Positions 49,415-58,677 are shown, counted from the stretch's first letter. The stretch: DNA of 64,000 bases from an uncultured bacterium (GCA_905214945.1 CAJMOC010000004.1:65068-129067), one strand, 5' to 3'. The notes: generated by a model not told the origin, from the letters alone. A program made the numbers and translations.

Positions 49415-50446
49415 CTATGCGCGCGGCGCTGCCGTGGTGTGTCGAACGATGAGCTGACCGGGAATACGAATGGCGACGGTTTTGTCCGATGCCCCCGCCT
49501 TGGGAACTGCGCGCTCGAACACCTCGCGCCCGCGCTGATGCAGATCGAATCGAACGGTCGTGAGCTCGTTGTGTGCCACAAAATCATCGAGCGAATCGTC
49601 GACGCCCACCACGCTCACGTCCTCGGGCACGCGCAAGCCGCTATCGCGCAGCGCGGCAATGGCGCCGTTTGCCATCTGGTCGTTTGCCGCGTAAATCGCC
49701 GTCATGGTGCGGTCGTGCCCAGCCAAGTACCGAGCGGCCTCGTAGCCGCTGTTGGCAGACCAGTCGCCCTCGAGTGGCTCTACCGTCTCGATGTGTTTAC
49801 GCTCGAGTGTATCTTGCCAACCGGCGCGACGAAATTGCTCGTCGACCGAGAACGACGGGCCGCCAATATAGCGAATCTGCTCGTGCCCCAGCTCAAACAG
49901 GTGATCCATAAGCAATAGCGAGCAGCCGTAATGGTCGGAATCGACCGTGGTCACGCGCGGATGCGCGTACATGGTAACGATGACCGTTCCAATGCCCGGC
50001 AACGGATCGAACGTCTCAAAATCGGGCGCCATGCGACTCATGCCGATGATGATACCGTCCACGGGCAGCGCGGCCATACGACGCGTGGCCTCGGCAAGCG
50101 AAAACTCCTCGGTCTTGGACATCTCGACCAGCGTGATGGCGCAATTATGCTCGCGAGCTGCGCTGGCGATGCCGTCGATCATTGAGAGGTTCCCAAACTT
50201 GGTGACATCGTTGACGCACAGCCCGACCGAATGGTAACGGCCGTCACGCAGCGAGCGACCGGCATAACTCGGACGAAAGCCGAGCTCTTGCATAGCGGCC
50301 TGCACGCGCTGGCGCGTCTGCTCGTTAACGTTGGGCAAGCCGTTGGCGACGCGCGAAACCGTCTGCTGCGAAACGCCAGCAGCGCGGGCGACGTCGGCCA
50401 TGGAGACCGGACGCGAACTGGTATCGTTGGACGGGCACCTTGCCAC
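49415..50446 (-). CDS. LacI-family regulator (GalR-like), divergent from galK
   Basis: HTH MADVARAAGVSQQTVSRVANG. GTG start 50446 follows GAAGGTGA. Confidence 0.85.
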   Translation of the reverse strand: MARCPSNDTSSRPVSMADVARAAGVSQQTVSRVANGLPNVNEQTRQRVQAAMQELGFRPSYAGRSLRDGRYHSVGLCVNDVTKFGNLSMIDGIASAAREHNCAITLVEMSKTEEFSLAEATRRMAALPVDGIIIGMSRMAPDFETFDPLPGIGTVIVTMYAHPRVTTVDSDHYGCSLLLMDHLFELGHEQIRYIGGPSFSVDEQFRRAGWQDTLERKHIETVEPLEGDWSANSGYEAARYLAGHDRTMTAIYAANDQMANGAIAALRDSGLRVPEDVSVVGVDDSLDDFVAHNELTTVRFDLHQRGREVFERAVPKAGASDKTVAIRIPGQLIVRHTTAAPRA

Positions 50447-50539
50447 AGGATCACCTTCACCCTTGAGAGATCTGAATAGCGTGAATGCCGGCCCGGGCAG
50501 AAATACATCCCGCGCCGAGGCCCGCTATCGTCGGACGCA

Positions 50540-50739
50540 TGTTAACGTACTCTACTTTTTCTATCTGCATCTCTTCTGCTTTATAAGTCCATACGGCAGT
50601 ACCGTTCACGGCTGAATTTCTACCGATTACCAGATTCTCAAAAAGTGATAAGTGTTGTGTTATGAGTACGTTAACATAGCCCGTAACGTGCGGCATCGTA
50701 GATGCTGAGTTTATGCCGCTTCAAATTGTTAACGTACTC
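50540..50739. promoter_or_regulatory. Three copies of a 13-nt LacI-type operator in the galR/galK divergent region
   Basis: TGTTAACGTACTC at 50540-50552 and 50727-50739. Inverted GAGTACGTTAACA at 50664-50676. Confidence 0.6.
50600..50611 (+). promoter_or_regulatory. ACCGTTCAC motif copy (TACCGTTCACGG) upstream of galK
   Basis: Intergenic, between the gal operators. Confidence 0.4.
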
Positions 50740-50784
50740 ACTACGACGGAAAACTCGTCAGCATGCGCCAAGGAAAGGACCCTC

Positions 50785-51990
50785 ATGACCACCCCCGACG
50801 AAAAGACACTCGCAACGCTCACCAAGCTGTTTGAGGAGGAGTTTGGCCCCATCGGCGATCGCCAGGTGCTCTATGTGCACGCGCCCGGCCGCTCCGAGAT
50901 CAGCGGCAACCACACCGACCACGAGGGTGGCCACGTTATCGCCGGCTCGCTCGATGTCGCCGTTGACGGCATCGCCGTGGCAACCGATTCCAACAAGGTT
51001 CGCGTAGCCGACGAGGGCTATCCTACGTTTGAGATCACGCTCGACACGCTGGATGTCCAGGAGTCCGAGAAGGGCACGTCCGCAAGCCTCGTGCGCGGTA
51101 TGGCCCACGAAATCGCTGCTCTGGGCGTTGAGCCCCAGGGCTTCGACTTTGCCTTTACCTGCTCCGTCCCCTCGGGCGGCGGCCTTTCCAGCTCTGCCGC
51201 CGTCGAGGCCGCGTACGGCCGTGCCATGGAGACGCTCTGGGGCGCGCCCGCCATTGAGCCCGTCACGCTCGCTCAGATGAGCCAGCGAACCGAGAACAAC
51301 TACTACGGCAAGCCCTGCGGTCTTATGGACCAAGCCGCCGTGTGCCTGGGCGGCCTCGCCTACATGGACTTTGAGGACCAGGCTCAGCCTAAAACCCAGA
51401 AGCTCGAGCTCAACTTTGAGGATCACGGCTATGCGCTCGTGCTCGTTAAGGTCGGCGCCGACCACGTGGCAGCTACCGACGACTACGCCGCCGTTCCGCG
51501 CGAGATGCAGGACGTCGCCGCCGAGTTTGGCAAGGCACGCCTGTGTGAGGTCGACGTTGCCGACTTTGACGCCAAGCTCCCCGAGCTGCGCGCCAAGCTG
51601 GGCGACCGCGCCTGCCTGCGCGCCGTTCACTACTGGTACGAGAACGGCCTGGTCGATAAGCGCTGGGCAGCGCTCAACGCCGGCGACATTGACCAGTTCC
51701 TGGTCCTGACGCGCGAGTCGGGCGCCAGCTCTGCCATGTACCTGCAGAATGTTGTTGCCAAGCTGGGTTCCGAGCAGCCTTCCATGTATGCCCTGGCGCT
51801 GGCCGAGCACGTGCTCGACGGCCGCGGCGCCGTTCGCATTCACGGTGGCGGCTTTGGTGGCACCATCCAGGCCTTCGTGCCGCTCGATCTGGTCGACACC
51901 TTCATTGCCAAGATGAACGGCTGGCTGGGCGAGGGCTCTGCCCGTCACTACGCCATCTCTGACAAGGGGGCTTACGCGGCATGGCTGTAA
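50785..51990 (+). CDS. galK: Galactokinase (GHMP kinase)
   Basis: PGRSEISGNHTDHEGG and PSGGGLSSSAA GHMP motifs. ATG 50785 follows AAGGAAAGGA. Confidence 0.85.
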   Translation: MTTPDEKTLATLTKLFEEEFGPIGDRQVLYVHAPGRSEISGNHTDHEGGHVIAGSLDVAVDGIAVATDSNKVRVADEGYPTFEITLDTLDVQESEKGTSASLVRGMAHEIAALGVEPQGFDFAFTCSVPSGGGLSSSAAVEAAYGRAMETLWGAPAIEPVTLAQMSQRTENNYYGKPCGLMDQAAVCLGGLAYMDFEDQAQPKTQKLELNFEDHGYALVLVKVGADHVAATDDYAAVPREMQDVAAEFGKARLCEVDVADFDAKLPELRAKLGDRACLRAVHYWYENGLVDKRWAALNAGDIDQFLVLTRESGASSAMYLQNVVAKLGSEQPSMYALALAEHVLDGRGAVRIHGGGFGGTIQAFVPLDLVDTFIAKMNGWLGEGSARHYAISDKGAYAAWL

Positions 51991-53609
51991 TGACTGACGT
52001 GCGCGAAGCGGCGCAGAACCTGATCGAGTACGCCATTCATCGATCGATGATCGGCCAGGACGATCGCATCTGGGCATACAACACCATTCTGGAGTGCATC
52101 GGCGCTACGGGCCCCGCGCTCGATATGGCCTGGGCGCTCCAGGTTGAGAAACTCTCGCTCTTGCACCCCAATACCCTGCCCGACTTTGATCTTGAAGGCA
52201 CGCTTGCCGCGCTTTCCGAGGCCGCCGTTGCCAATGGTGCTGTCGAGGATACGGCGTCGGGCCGCGACCGCATCGCCATGCGCATCATGGGCGCGCTCAT
52301 GCCGAGGCCTTCGGTTGTAAACGAAGAGTTCAACGGACGTATGGGCGTCAACGAGCCCCGTGCCGCGACCGACTGGTTCTACGTCCTGTGCTGCGACGCC
52401 GGCTACGTGCGCCGCGCCGCCATCGCGCGCAACATCAAATGGAGCACCCCCACCAACTGGGGCGATCTTGAGATCACCATCAACCTGTCCAAGCCCGAGA
52501 AGGACCCGCGCGATATCGCCGCGGCAGGTGCCGCCAAGAACACGGGCGAGAAGTATCCCGCCTGCCAGCTCTGCATCGAAAACGAAGGCTATCCCGGACG
52601 CTCCGCCGCAGCCGACGGCGGCGCTCACCCCGCCCGCCAGAATCTGCGCATTATCCCCATCCAGCTCAACGGCGAGCGCTGGGGCTTCCAGTACAGCCCG
52701 TACGCCTACTTTAACGAGCACTGCATTGCCATGAGCTCCGAGCATCGTCCGATGCACGTCGACCGCAAGGGCTTGACCTGCCTGCTCGACTTTGTGGACC
52801 TGTTCCCGCATTACTTCATCGGCTCCAACGCCGACCTGCCTATCGTGGGCGGCTCGATTCTGTCGCACGACCACTTCCAGGGCGGCGCGCACGAGTTCCC
52901 CATGATGCATGCCGCCGAGGTCTCGCAGTTTAGCGTGCCCGGTTTTGACCAGGTCACCGGCACTGTGCTGCAGTGGCCGCTCTCGGTGCTGCGCCTGCGC
53001 TCGCATGACCGCGCTCAGCTGCTCGACGCTGCCGAGAAGATTATCCTCGCCTGGCGCGAGTGGACCGACGAGTCTGTGGGCGTTATCGCGCACACGGCCG
53101 ACGGCGTAGCGCACAACACCGTGACGCCCGTCATCCGCCGCGTCGACTCCCGCGGCAACGCCGGCGGCGAGATTTACGAGGCCTACCTGGCGCTTCGCTG
53201 CAACATCACGACCGACGAGCATCCGCTGGGCGTTTTCCACCCGCATGCCGAGTACCATCACATTAAGAAGGAGAACATCGGCCTGATCGAGGTTATGGGC
53301 CTGGCTATTCTTCCGCCGCGCCTGGTTCCCGAGCTCGGCGCTGTCCGCGAGCACCTGCTGGCAGCCAAAGCCGATACCAGCTACGACCTTGCCAGTGCGC
53401 TCGAGGGCGACGACCTTTGCCGCAGCCATGCCGCGTGGGCCGAGGACGTCTATGCCCGCCGCGCCGACGAGCTTACGGCGGATAGCGCCATCGGCATCCT
53501 GCACGAGGAGGTCGGCGTGGTGTTTGGCCACGTGCTCGACAACGCCGGCGTCTTTAAATGGGACGAGGCCGGCCGCGCCGCCCAGCAGCGCTTTATCGAC
53601 TCACTGTAA
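51981..53609 (+). CDS. galT: Galactose-1-phosphate uridylyltransferase, type 2
   Basis: YPACQLCIENEGYPGR and SHDHFQGG blocks of the Gram-positive-type GalT. Overlaps the galK stop (start 51981 or 51990). Confidence 0.85.
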   Translation: MAVMTDVREAAQNLIEYAIHRSMIGQDDRIWAYNTILECIGATGPALDMAWALQVEKLSLLHPNTLPDFDLEGTLAALSEAAVANGAVEDTASGRDRIAMRIMGALMPRPSVVNEEFNGRMGVNEPRAATDWFYVLCCDAGYVRRAAIARNIKWSTPTNWGDLEITINLSKPEKDPRDIAAAGAAKNTGEKYPACQLCIENEGYPGRSAAADGGAHPARQNLRIIPIQLNGERWGFQYSPYAYFNEHCIAMSSEHRPMHVDRKGLTCLLDFVDLFPHYFIGSNADLPIVGGSILSHDHFQGGAHEFPMMHAAEVSQFSVPGFDQVTGTVLQWPLSVLRLRSHDRAQLLDAAEKIILAWREWTDESVGVIAHTADGVAHNTVTPVIRRVDSRGNAGGEIYEAYLALRCNITTDEHPLGVFHPHAEYHHIKKENIGLIEVMGLAILPPRLVPELGAVREHLLAAKADTSYDLASALEGDDLCRSHAAWAEDVYARRADELTADSAIGILHEEVGVVFGHVLDNAGVFKWDEAGRAAQQRFIDSL

Positions 53610-53656
53610 TGATCCCTTAGGGACGGAGGAAAACGGATCATTTCCGCCCACACGAC

Positions 53657-53697
53657 AACGGCGCCCGCCGGCAACATCGCCGACGGGCGCCGTTTTT
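53657..53697 (+). terminator. Rho-independent terminator after galT
   Basis: AACGGCGCCCG / CGGGCGCCGTT stem followed by TTTTT. Confidence 0.8.
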
Positions 53698-53705
53698 GAG
53701 TGTAG

Positions 53706-53831
53706 CCATTGGGGACGTTCTTAAACGACTAGTCAAACAAGAACGTCCCCAACGACTAATGACTCGAGCGTGGAAAATCCCCCACTTTGAACTCGTATGG
53801 GCACCAAAAGCGGGAGATTATCCACGCTCAT
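53706..53831. repeat. Family-B double-hairpin repeat, copy 2 (between convergent galT and lacC)
   Basis: CCATTGGGGACGTTCTT...AAGAACGTCCCCAACGAC, then GAGCGTGGAAAATCCCCCAC...GCGGGAGATTATCCACGCTC. Collinear with 21284-21411. Confidence 0.85.
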
Positions 53832-53851
53832 TCTATTAGGAGTCGCAACCG

Positions 53852-54787
53852 CTACAACTCTACGACCTCAACGTTGTTGTAGATCTCGTCCCAGCGATCC
53901 ATGACCAGGTGGCCGGTCTTGGGATCCATGGCGTTGAGCTTGCCGCAGGTATTGGCGGTCTTGAGCACCGTGACGTCGTCGGCACCAGCAGCAATGGCAT
54001 GCGCAAAGCCGGCGATAGTCGAGTCACCGGAACCCGTCGCGTTCACAGCCGCAATCGCGGGCGTCTTGGCGCGGAATGCGCGACCCTCATGGAAGCCCAC
54101 CGAACCGGCAGCGCCCATCGAAACGACAACCCAGGGAATACCGGCAAAACGGTCATCGGCGGCAAGCGCCTCGCGCAGGGCATCGACATCATCGGTCGTA
54201 AAGGACGTACCCAGTAGGCCGTTAATCTCGGTCAGGTTGGGCTTTACGAGCTCGGGCTTGGCATCGGACTCCAGCGCTGCCTCCAGCGATTCACCCGAGG
54301 TGTCGAGCAGCACCTTGGCGCCCGCCTCCTCGGCGATCTTGACGAGCTCGGCATAGTAGCCGGCATCGACGCCACGCGGCAGCGAGCCCGAAAGCGTCAC
54401 GACGTCCGCCTTCGCTGCAAGCTCGGCGAACTTGGCCGTAAAGGCCTCGAGCTCGGCCGGGGCGATTTGCGGGCCGCTCTCCAGCAGCTCGGTCTGATTA
54501 CCCTCGTGCAGAATATTCAGGCAAATGCGCGTCTCACCGGCGATGGGCACAAAGTCGTTCTTGACGCCGTCGGCATCCATAAGCTCGGCCATATAGGCAC
54601 CCATGTGGCCGCCAAGCAGACCAGTCGCGAGCACGTCGTCTCCCAGTTGCAGCAGCACACGGCTCACGTTGAGGCCCTTGCCGCCAGCGGTCTTTTCGGG
54701 CGTCACGCGGTTAACATCGTCGATAATCAGCTTGTCGAGCTGATAGCGCGTATCAATCGACGGGTTCATGGTAACGGTCAGAATCAT
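53852..54787 (-). CDS. lacC: Tagatose-6-phosphate kinase / 1-phosphofructokinase (PfkB family)
   Basis: MILTVTMNPSIDTRY..., GGKGLNVSRV, TGSGDSTIAGF. ATG 54787 follows AGGAG. Confidence 0.85.
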   Translation of the reverse strand: MILTVTMNPSIDTRYQLDKLIIDDVNRVTPEKTAGGKGLNVSRVLLQLGDDVLATGLLGGHMGAYMAELMDADGVKNDFVPIAGETRICLNILHEGNQTELLESGPQIAPAELEAFTAKFAELAAKADVVTLSGSLPRGVDAGYYAELVKIAEEAGAKVLLDTSGESLEAALESDAKPELVKPNLTEINGLLGTSFTTDDVDALREALAADDRFAGIPWVVVSMGAAGSVGFHEGRAFRAKTPAIAAVNATGSGDSTIAGFAHAIAAGADDVTVLKTANTCGKLNAMDPKTGHLVMDRWDEIYNNVEVVEL

Positions 54788-54840
54788 GTTGAACTCCTGT
54801 TCCGGGGCGGCATGACCCACCCCAAACATACGATAGCTCG

Positions 54841-55722
54841 TTAAAGGATCTCGATCTCAAAGCCGCGGGTGACGGTCTCCCCCGGCTTGGCCACCAGGCA
54901 GCCACGCTTGTGCTCCAGAATATCGTCCTCGTCGGAGCAGGTGGACAGACCACCCCACGGTTCCACGGCCACAAAGTCGCCCTCGGGCTTGCTCCACACA
55001 ATCAGGTACGGCATATCGGGGAACGTCAGGCGCACGCCCTTGTCCTCGGTTTTCTTGGTCAGCGTAACCACGCGGCTCTCGAGCACGTCGAAGATGGTCT
55101 CCGCGAAGTCGAAGAGTTCGTGGGTAAGCGGCAGGTTCTGGCCGATCATGGGGTTCTTGCTGCGATGCTCAACATCAATCAGCCCCGTCGAGGGAACGGC
55201 AGTACAGAGCTCGGTGGCCTCGCGCTGCTCAAAACGAAGCTCGTAGTCGTCATAGGACTCGCCCTCGTCGAGCGGGCACTTAAAGCCGGGGTGACCGCCC
55301 ACAAAGAACGGCATGTCCTCGGTGCCCTCATTGGTCACCTCGTACGACACGGCCACCTTTTCCGAATCGATCGTGTAACGAGCAACGATCTTAAACGGAT
55401 ACGGGTACTGCTCGAGCAACTCGGCATGGTCGGCAGAGCTTAGGCTCAGCGCAACCATGTTGTCGCTCTGTTCCTCGAGCTTCCACTCCTGTTTGCGTGC
55501 AAAGCCGTGGCGGGCGAGCTTAACCTCGCGGCCGCCCATGGTCATTGCGCGACCGTCACGAAGGCCGCCGCAGATCGGAAAGCAAATGGGTGCCTGGCCC
55601 GACCAGACCGAAGGATCACCCTGCCACAGATACTCGCGACCGTCGGCCACAATTGAGGTGAACGAGCCGCCCTCCGTGCTCAGTGCTACGCGGATAGAAC
55701 CGTTATCAAGAACAAACTCCAT
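54841..55722 (-). CDS. lacX: Aldose 1-epimerase family protein (LacX-like)
   Basis: 293 aa. PICFPICGG and HGFAR blocks typical of LacX/YihR-type mutarotases. Confidence 0.8.
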   Translation of the reverse strand: MEFVLDNGSIRVALSTEGGSFTSIVADGREYLWQGDPSVWSGQAPICFPICGGLRDGRAMTMGGREVKLARHGFARKQEWKLEEQSDNMVALSLSSADHAELLEQYPYPFKIVARYTIDSEKVAVSYEVTNEGTEDMPFFVGGHPGFKCPLDEGESYDDYELRFEQREATELCTAVPSTGLIDVEHRSKNPMIGQNLPLTHELFDFAETIFDVLESRVVTLTKKTEDKGVRLTFPDMPYLIVWSKPEGDFVAVEPWGGLSTCSDEDDILEHKRGCLVAKPGETVTRGFEIEIL

Positions 55723-56095
55723 AGGAGCCTTCCCTTTCGTACGCCAGCCCGCCGAGTCAGTGGGGCTGATAGAAAACCGGCCCGCGCCCCCTCACAGAAA
55801 CGCGAGCCGTCAATTGAAAAGCTGCAGAATGCCGGGTACCGCCAAAACGAAGCACACAAGCTCAGCAAGCAAACGTGTTATCGGAGCAGCTCGCCCGCCG
55901 GATTGCCTCTAAACAACAGAGATAAACCCCACAGTTCACCTCAACGTCAGCGAGAAGCCAGCTGGTGAGGCAAGGTGCCGTGAAGCGAGGCGGCATTGAC
56001 CTTCTGGTCATGCCGCCGAAGCTGAACGGCAGATTGCCCACCAGATGGCTTCGCAGCGTCGGCCGGTCCGGCGTTCGGTAGAACGCCGGAACCCC

Positions 56096-56620
56096 TTAGT
56101 CGTGATACTCGCCGCGGTCCCACTTCTCGAGGAGCTCGTCAAAGAAGTGCGGGTCAGCCTGAGCCTCGGCGTCGGCCTTATTGCAGGCATCGATCTTGGC
56201 AATCAGGGCATCGTGCTCGGGGGTCTTCTCGTAGGGCTCCTCCAGGAAGGCAAGCATGATGTCGGCCATCAGGAACTCGCCGGTGATCTTGCCGCCAAAG
56301 CCCACGATGTTGGCGTTGAGCTCGCGGCGGGCATACAGGGCAGAGGTCATGTCGCGAACCAGGGCGCAGCGGGCGCCGGGAACCTTGTTGACGGCGTTGG
56401 TGATGCCGATGCCGGTGCCGCACAGGGCCACGCCAAAGTCGGCCTTGCCGCTGGCAACAGCCTCGCCCACGGCCTTACCGTAGATGGGATAGTGCGTACG
56501 GGTGTGGCTGTAGGTGCCGCAGTCAAGCACCTTGTAGCCAGCCTGCTCCAGGCGGTCGGCCAGATAGATCTTCTCGTCCGTAACGATATGGTCGCAACCG
56601 ATTGCGATGGTCTTCTTCAT
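56096..56620 (-). CDS. lacB: Galactose-6-phosphate isomerase subunit B
   Basis: RpiB/LacA/LacB family. [23 protein letters not shown]. 174 aa. Confidence 0.9.
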   Translation of the reverse strand: MKKTIAIGCDHIVTDEKIYLADRLEQAGYKVLDCGTYSHTRTHYPIYGKAVGEAVASGKADFGVALCGTGIGITNAVNKVPGARCALVRDMTSALYARRELNANIVGFGGKITGEFLMADIMLAFLEEPYEKTPEHDALIAKIDACNKADAEAQADPHFFDELLEKWDRGEYHD

Positions 56621-56683
56621 CAGAACGTCCTTTCGTCTGAATTCACAAGTTGAGGTAGAAGTTCGAGTTCTCGGTGGCTCTCG

Positions 56684-57112
56684 TTAGGCCATCTTGTTGA
56701 GCATGTCGACACGGATCTGGTGACGGCCGCCGGCGTACTGGGCGCGCAGGAACTCGCGGGCGATCTTCTTGGCGACCTCGGTGCCCACAACGCCCGGGCC
56801 CATGGTGACCATGCGCGAGCCGTTGTGCTCGCGGGTCATGTAGGCGGAACGCTCGTCGGAAATGTTGGCGACGACCATACCCTTGATCTTGACGGCAGCC
56901 ATATAGGAGCCGACGCCGTACTTATCAAATGCGAAGCCCTGGGAATCCTTGTGCTTCAGCAGGTCCTTGGCAACGGCAGTGGCGGAATCGACAAAGTCCG
57001 CGGCAGGGGTCTCGGAATAGTCGACGACCTCGTGACCGTCGGCGATGAGCATCTCCTTGATGGACTCCTTCATCGACATACCGTCGGCATCGGAAGCGAT
57101 TACAACCCTCAT
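56684..57112 (-). CDS. lacA: Galactose-6-phosphate isomerase subunit A
   Basis: 142 aa RpiB/LacA family, immediately upstream of lacB. Confidence 0.9.
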   Translation of the reverse strand: MRVVIASDADGMSMKESIKEMLIADGHEVVDYSETPAADFVDSATAVAKDLLKHKDSQGFAFDKYGVGSYMAAVKIKGMVVANISDERSAYMTREHNGSRMVTMGPGVVGTEVAKKIAREFLRAQYAGGRHQIRVDMLNKMA

Positions 57113-57206
57113 GACATCCTCCTTGAGAGATACGCAGGTGCGTAGTTTCTGTTTGGAAGTGTTGAATCGCGTTCAGGTCCGGGCATCTGAATGTGCGGTT
57201 CTTCAC

Positions 57207-57294
57207 TGTTCATGTTTATTTGAACACATTCGAACATCGAGTGCAACCATTATTTGTTTAACTTTGTTCTTTTTTGAACAAATACCGTTCACGG
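57207..57294. promoter_or_regulatory. lacA promoter region with TGAACA/TGTTCA repeats and an ACCGTTCAC motif
   Basis: TGTTCA-N8-TGAACA (57207-57226), TGAACACATTCGAACA (57221-57236), TTTGTTC-T6-GAACAAA (57263-57282), TACCGTTCACGG (57283-57294). Confidence 0.5.
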
Positions 57295-57419
57295 ATGATT
57301 GGCGACCGTTTGAGCCCGGCGCAGACGTAGCGACCATGTGTTCAACAAACAAAAGGGCGGCCGAGAACGTGTCTCGGCCGCCCTTCTTACGGTTGGTCTT
57401 CCAAGGATCGCTTTGCCGC

Positions 57420-58421
57420 CTACTCAGACTGTCCGCTCTTCTTGGCATGTTTGGACGGAGCCCTCAGAAAACGGCCCGTCAAATAGTTCGCCGGGCCAGA
57501 AATATCGATCCCCAGCAGCGTGTGCCCCAGCCACAGAAACGCCGCGAGCACCAGCAACGGGATAACGCACGAGGTCACGATCATCACGATGACGCCTTCG
57601 ATCAGATCGGTCACCTGTTGCACCACCTTATCGGTCATCGACTTGGCACTGTCGGTCACCGATGTGAGTAAACTCGATGCCCCATCGGTCAGCTGCTCAA
57701 GCACATTCTTGTTTTCCGTGGTCTCGGATTTCTTCTCGCTCTTTGTGGAGCTCGCCTTGCTCGCTTCAGTCGCCTTTTGCTCTGTCTGCTCGATACTCAC
57801 CTGATACGTCTCATCGACCTTTTGCGATACCCACACGCTTGCAGGCACCAACGCCATGCCGATCATGGCGACTACCAGCACGCGGGTCGCCACGCGGCGC
57901 AGGACGGCACTCGTGCTCCAGCGTCCGTGAATGCCAAGCGAGACCGCAAAGAGCACCAACGCAAACGGGATTAAGATGCCCAAGCCAACCGACCACAAAA
58001 TCGTGAGCAAGTATTTCTCTAGGTATAGCACGGCAAGCACGATACCGAGGTTGCCTGAAAGCTGTGCGAGCTGCTCGGCAACCGGCGTTCCCGTATCTCC
58101 AGGCAGCGCCGTGATGCCCGCAGACAGGGCAACGCACGAGGTCGTGAGCGCCAAAACGTTGCCCTTCTTTTGATCGATAACCTCGATGGTGGAGTCCCAA
58201 GTCTTGGTATCGGCAAAATGCGGGCGCGCGACAAAGCCCGACAGGAGCGCCATAACCACAAGGGCGACGATGATGCCAATCTGCAGTTTTTTGTTTGCGC
58301 ACACGACATCGGACAGGCTGGGCTGCAGCTCGGTTACTGTCGTGTGCTCGGTTATCTGGACAGGACGCCCATGAGCCATCTCGTGCGCGTCTCTTTTTTG
58401 TATTGACCCGTTATCCGGCAT
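57420..58421 (-). CDS. Hypothetical multi-pass membrane protein (333 aa)
   Basis: GAGGAGG 8 nt before ATG. About 5 TM segments and a Ser/Lys/Glu-rich loop (QKATEASKASSTKSEKKSETTENK). No family recognised. Confidence 0.7.
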   Translation of the reverse strand: MPDNGSIQKRDAHEMAHGRPVQITEHTTVTELQPSLSDVVCANKKLQIGIIVALVVMALLSGFVARPHFADTKTWDSTIEVIDQKKGNVLALTTSCVALSAGITALPGDTGTPVAEQLAQLSGNLGIVLAVLYLEKYLLTILWSVGLGILIPFALVLFAVSLGIHGRWSTSAVLRRVATRVLVVAMIGMALVPASVWVSQKVDETYQVSIEQTEQKATEASKASSTKSEKKSETTENKNVLEQLTDGASSLLTSVTDSAKSMTDKVVQQVTDLIEGVIVMIVTSCVIPLLVLAAFLWLGHTLLGIDISGPANYLTGRFLRAPSKHAKKSGQSE

Positions 58422-58536
58422 TTGGATACCTCCTCAGTCCGGCGTTTAATGTGAAAGGAAGTATACCCACCCAGCGAAAAACCGAACGGCAAGACGAACG
58501 GGCACCAAGACTGTCCCCAATGACTATTTCGGGATG

Positions 58537-58604
58537 AGTTGCGGTGGAATAGGGATTGTTTTGCGCCCGCCGGTCCCTATTCAGTCCCTATTTCACCGCA
58601 ACTT
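58537..58604 (+). repeat. Family-A conserved-base hairpin, copy 2
   Basis: AGTTGCGGTGGAATAGGGA (58537-58555) pairs with TCCCTATTTCACCGCAACT (58586-58604). The G-U wobble is at the same position as copy 1 but on the opposite genomic strand. Confidence 0.7.
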
Positions 58605-58677
58605 GGAGGAGCGCAGAAAAAGCCCTGTCGCGGGTAGCGGCAGAGCTTTTGGAAGGGGGCTTGGTTGTGAGAGCTCG

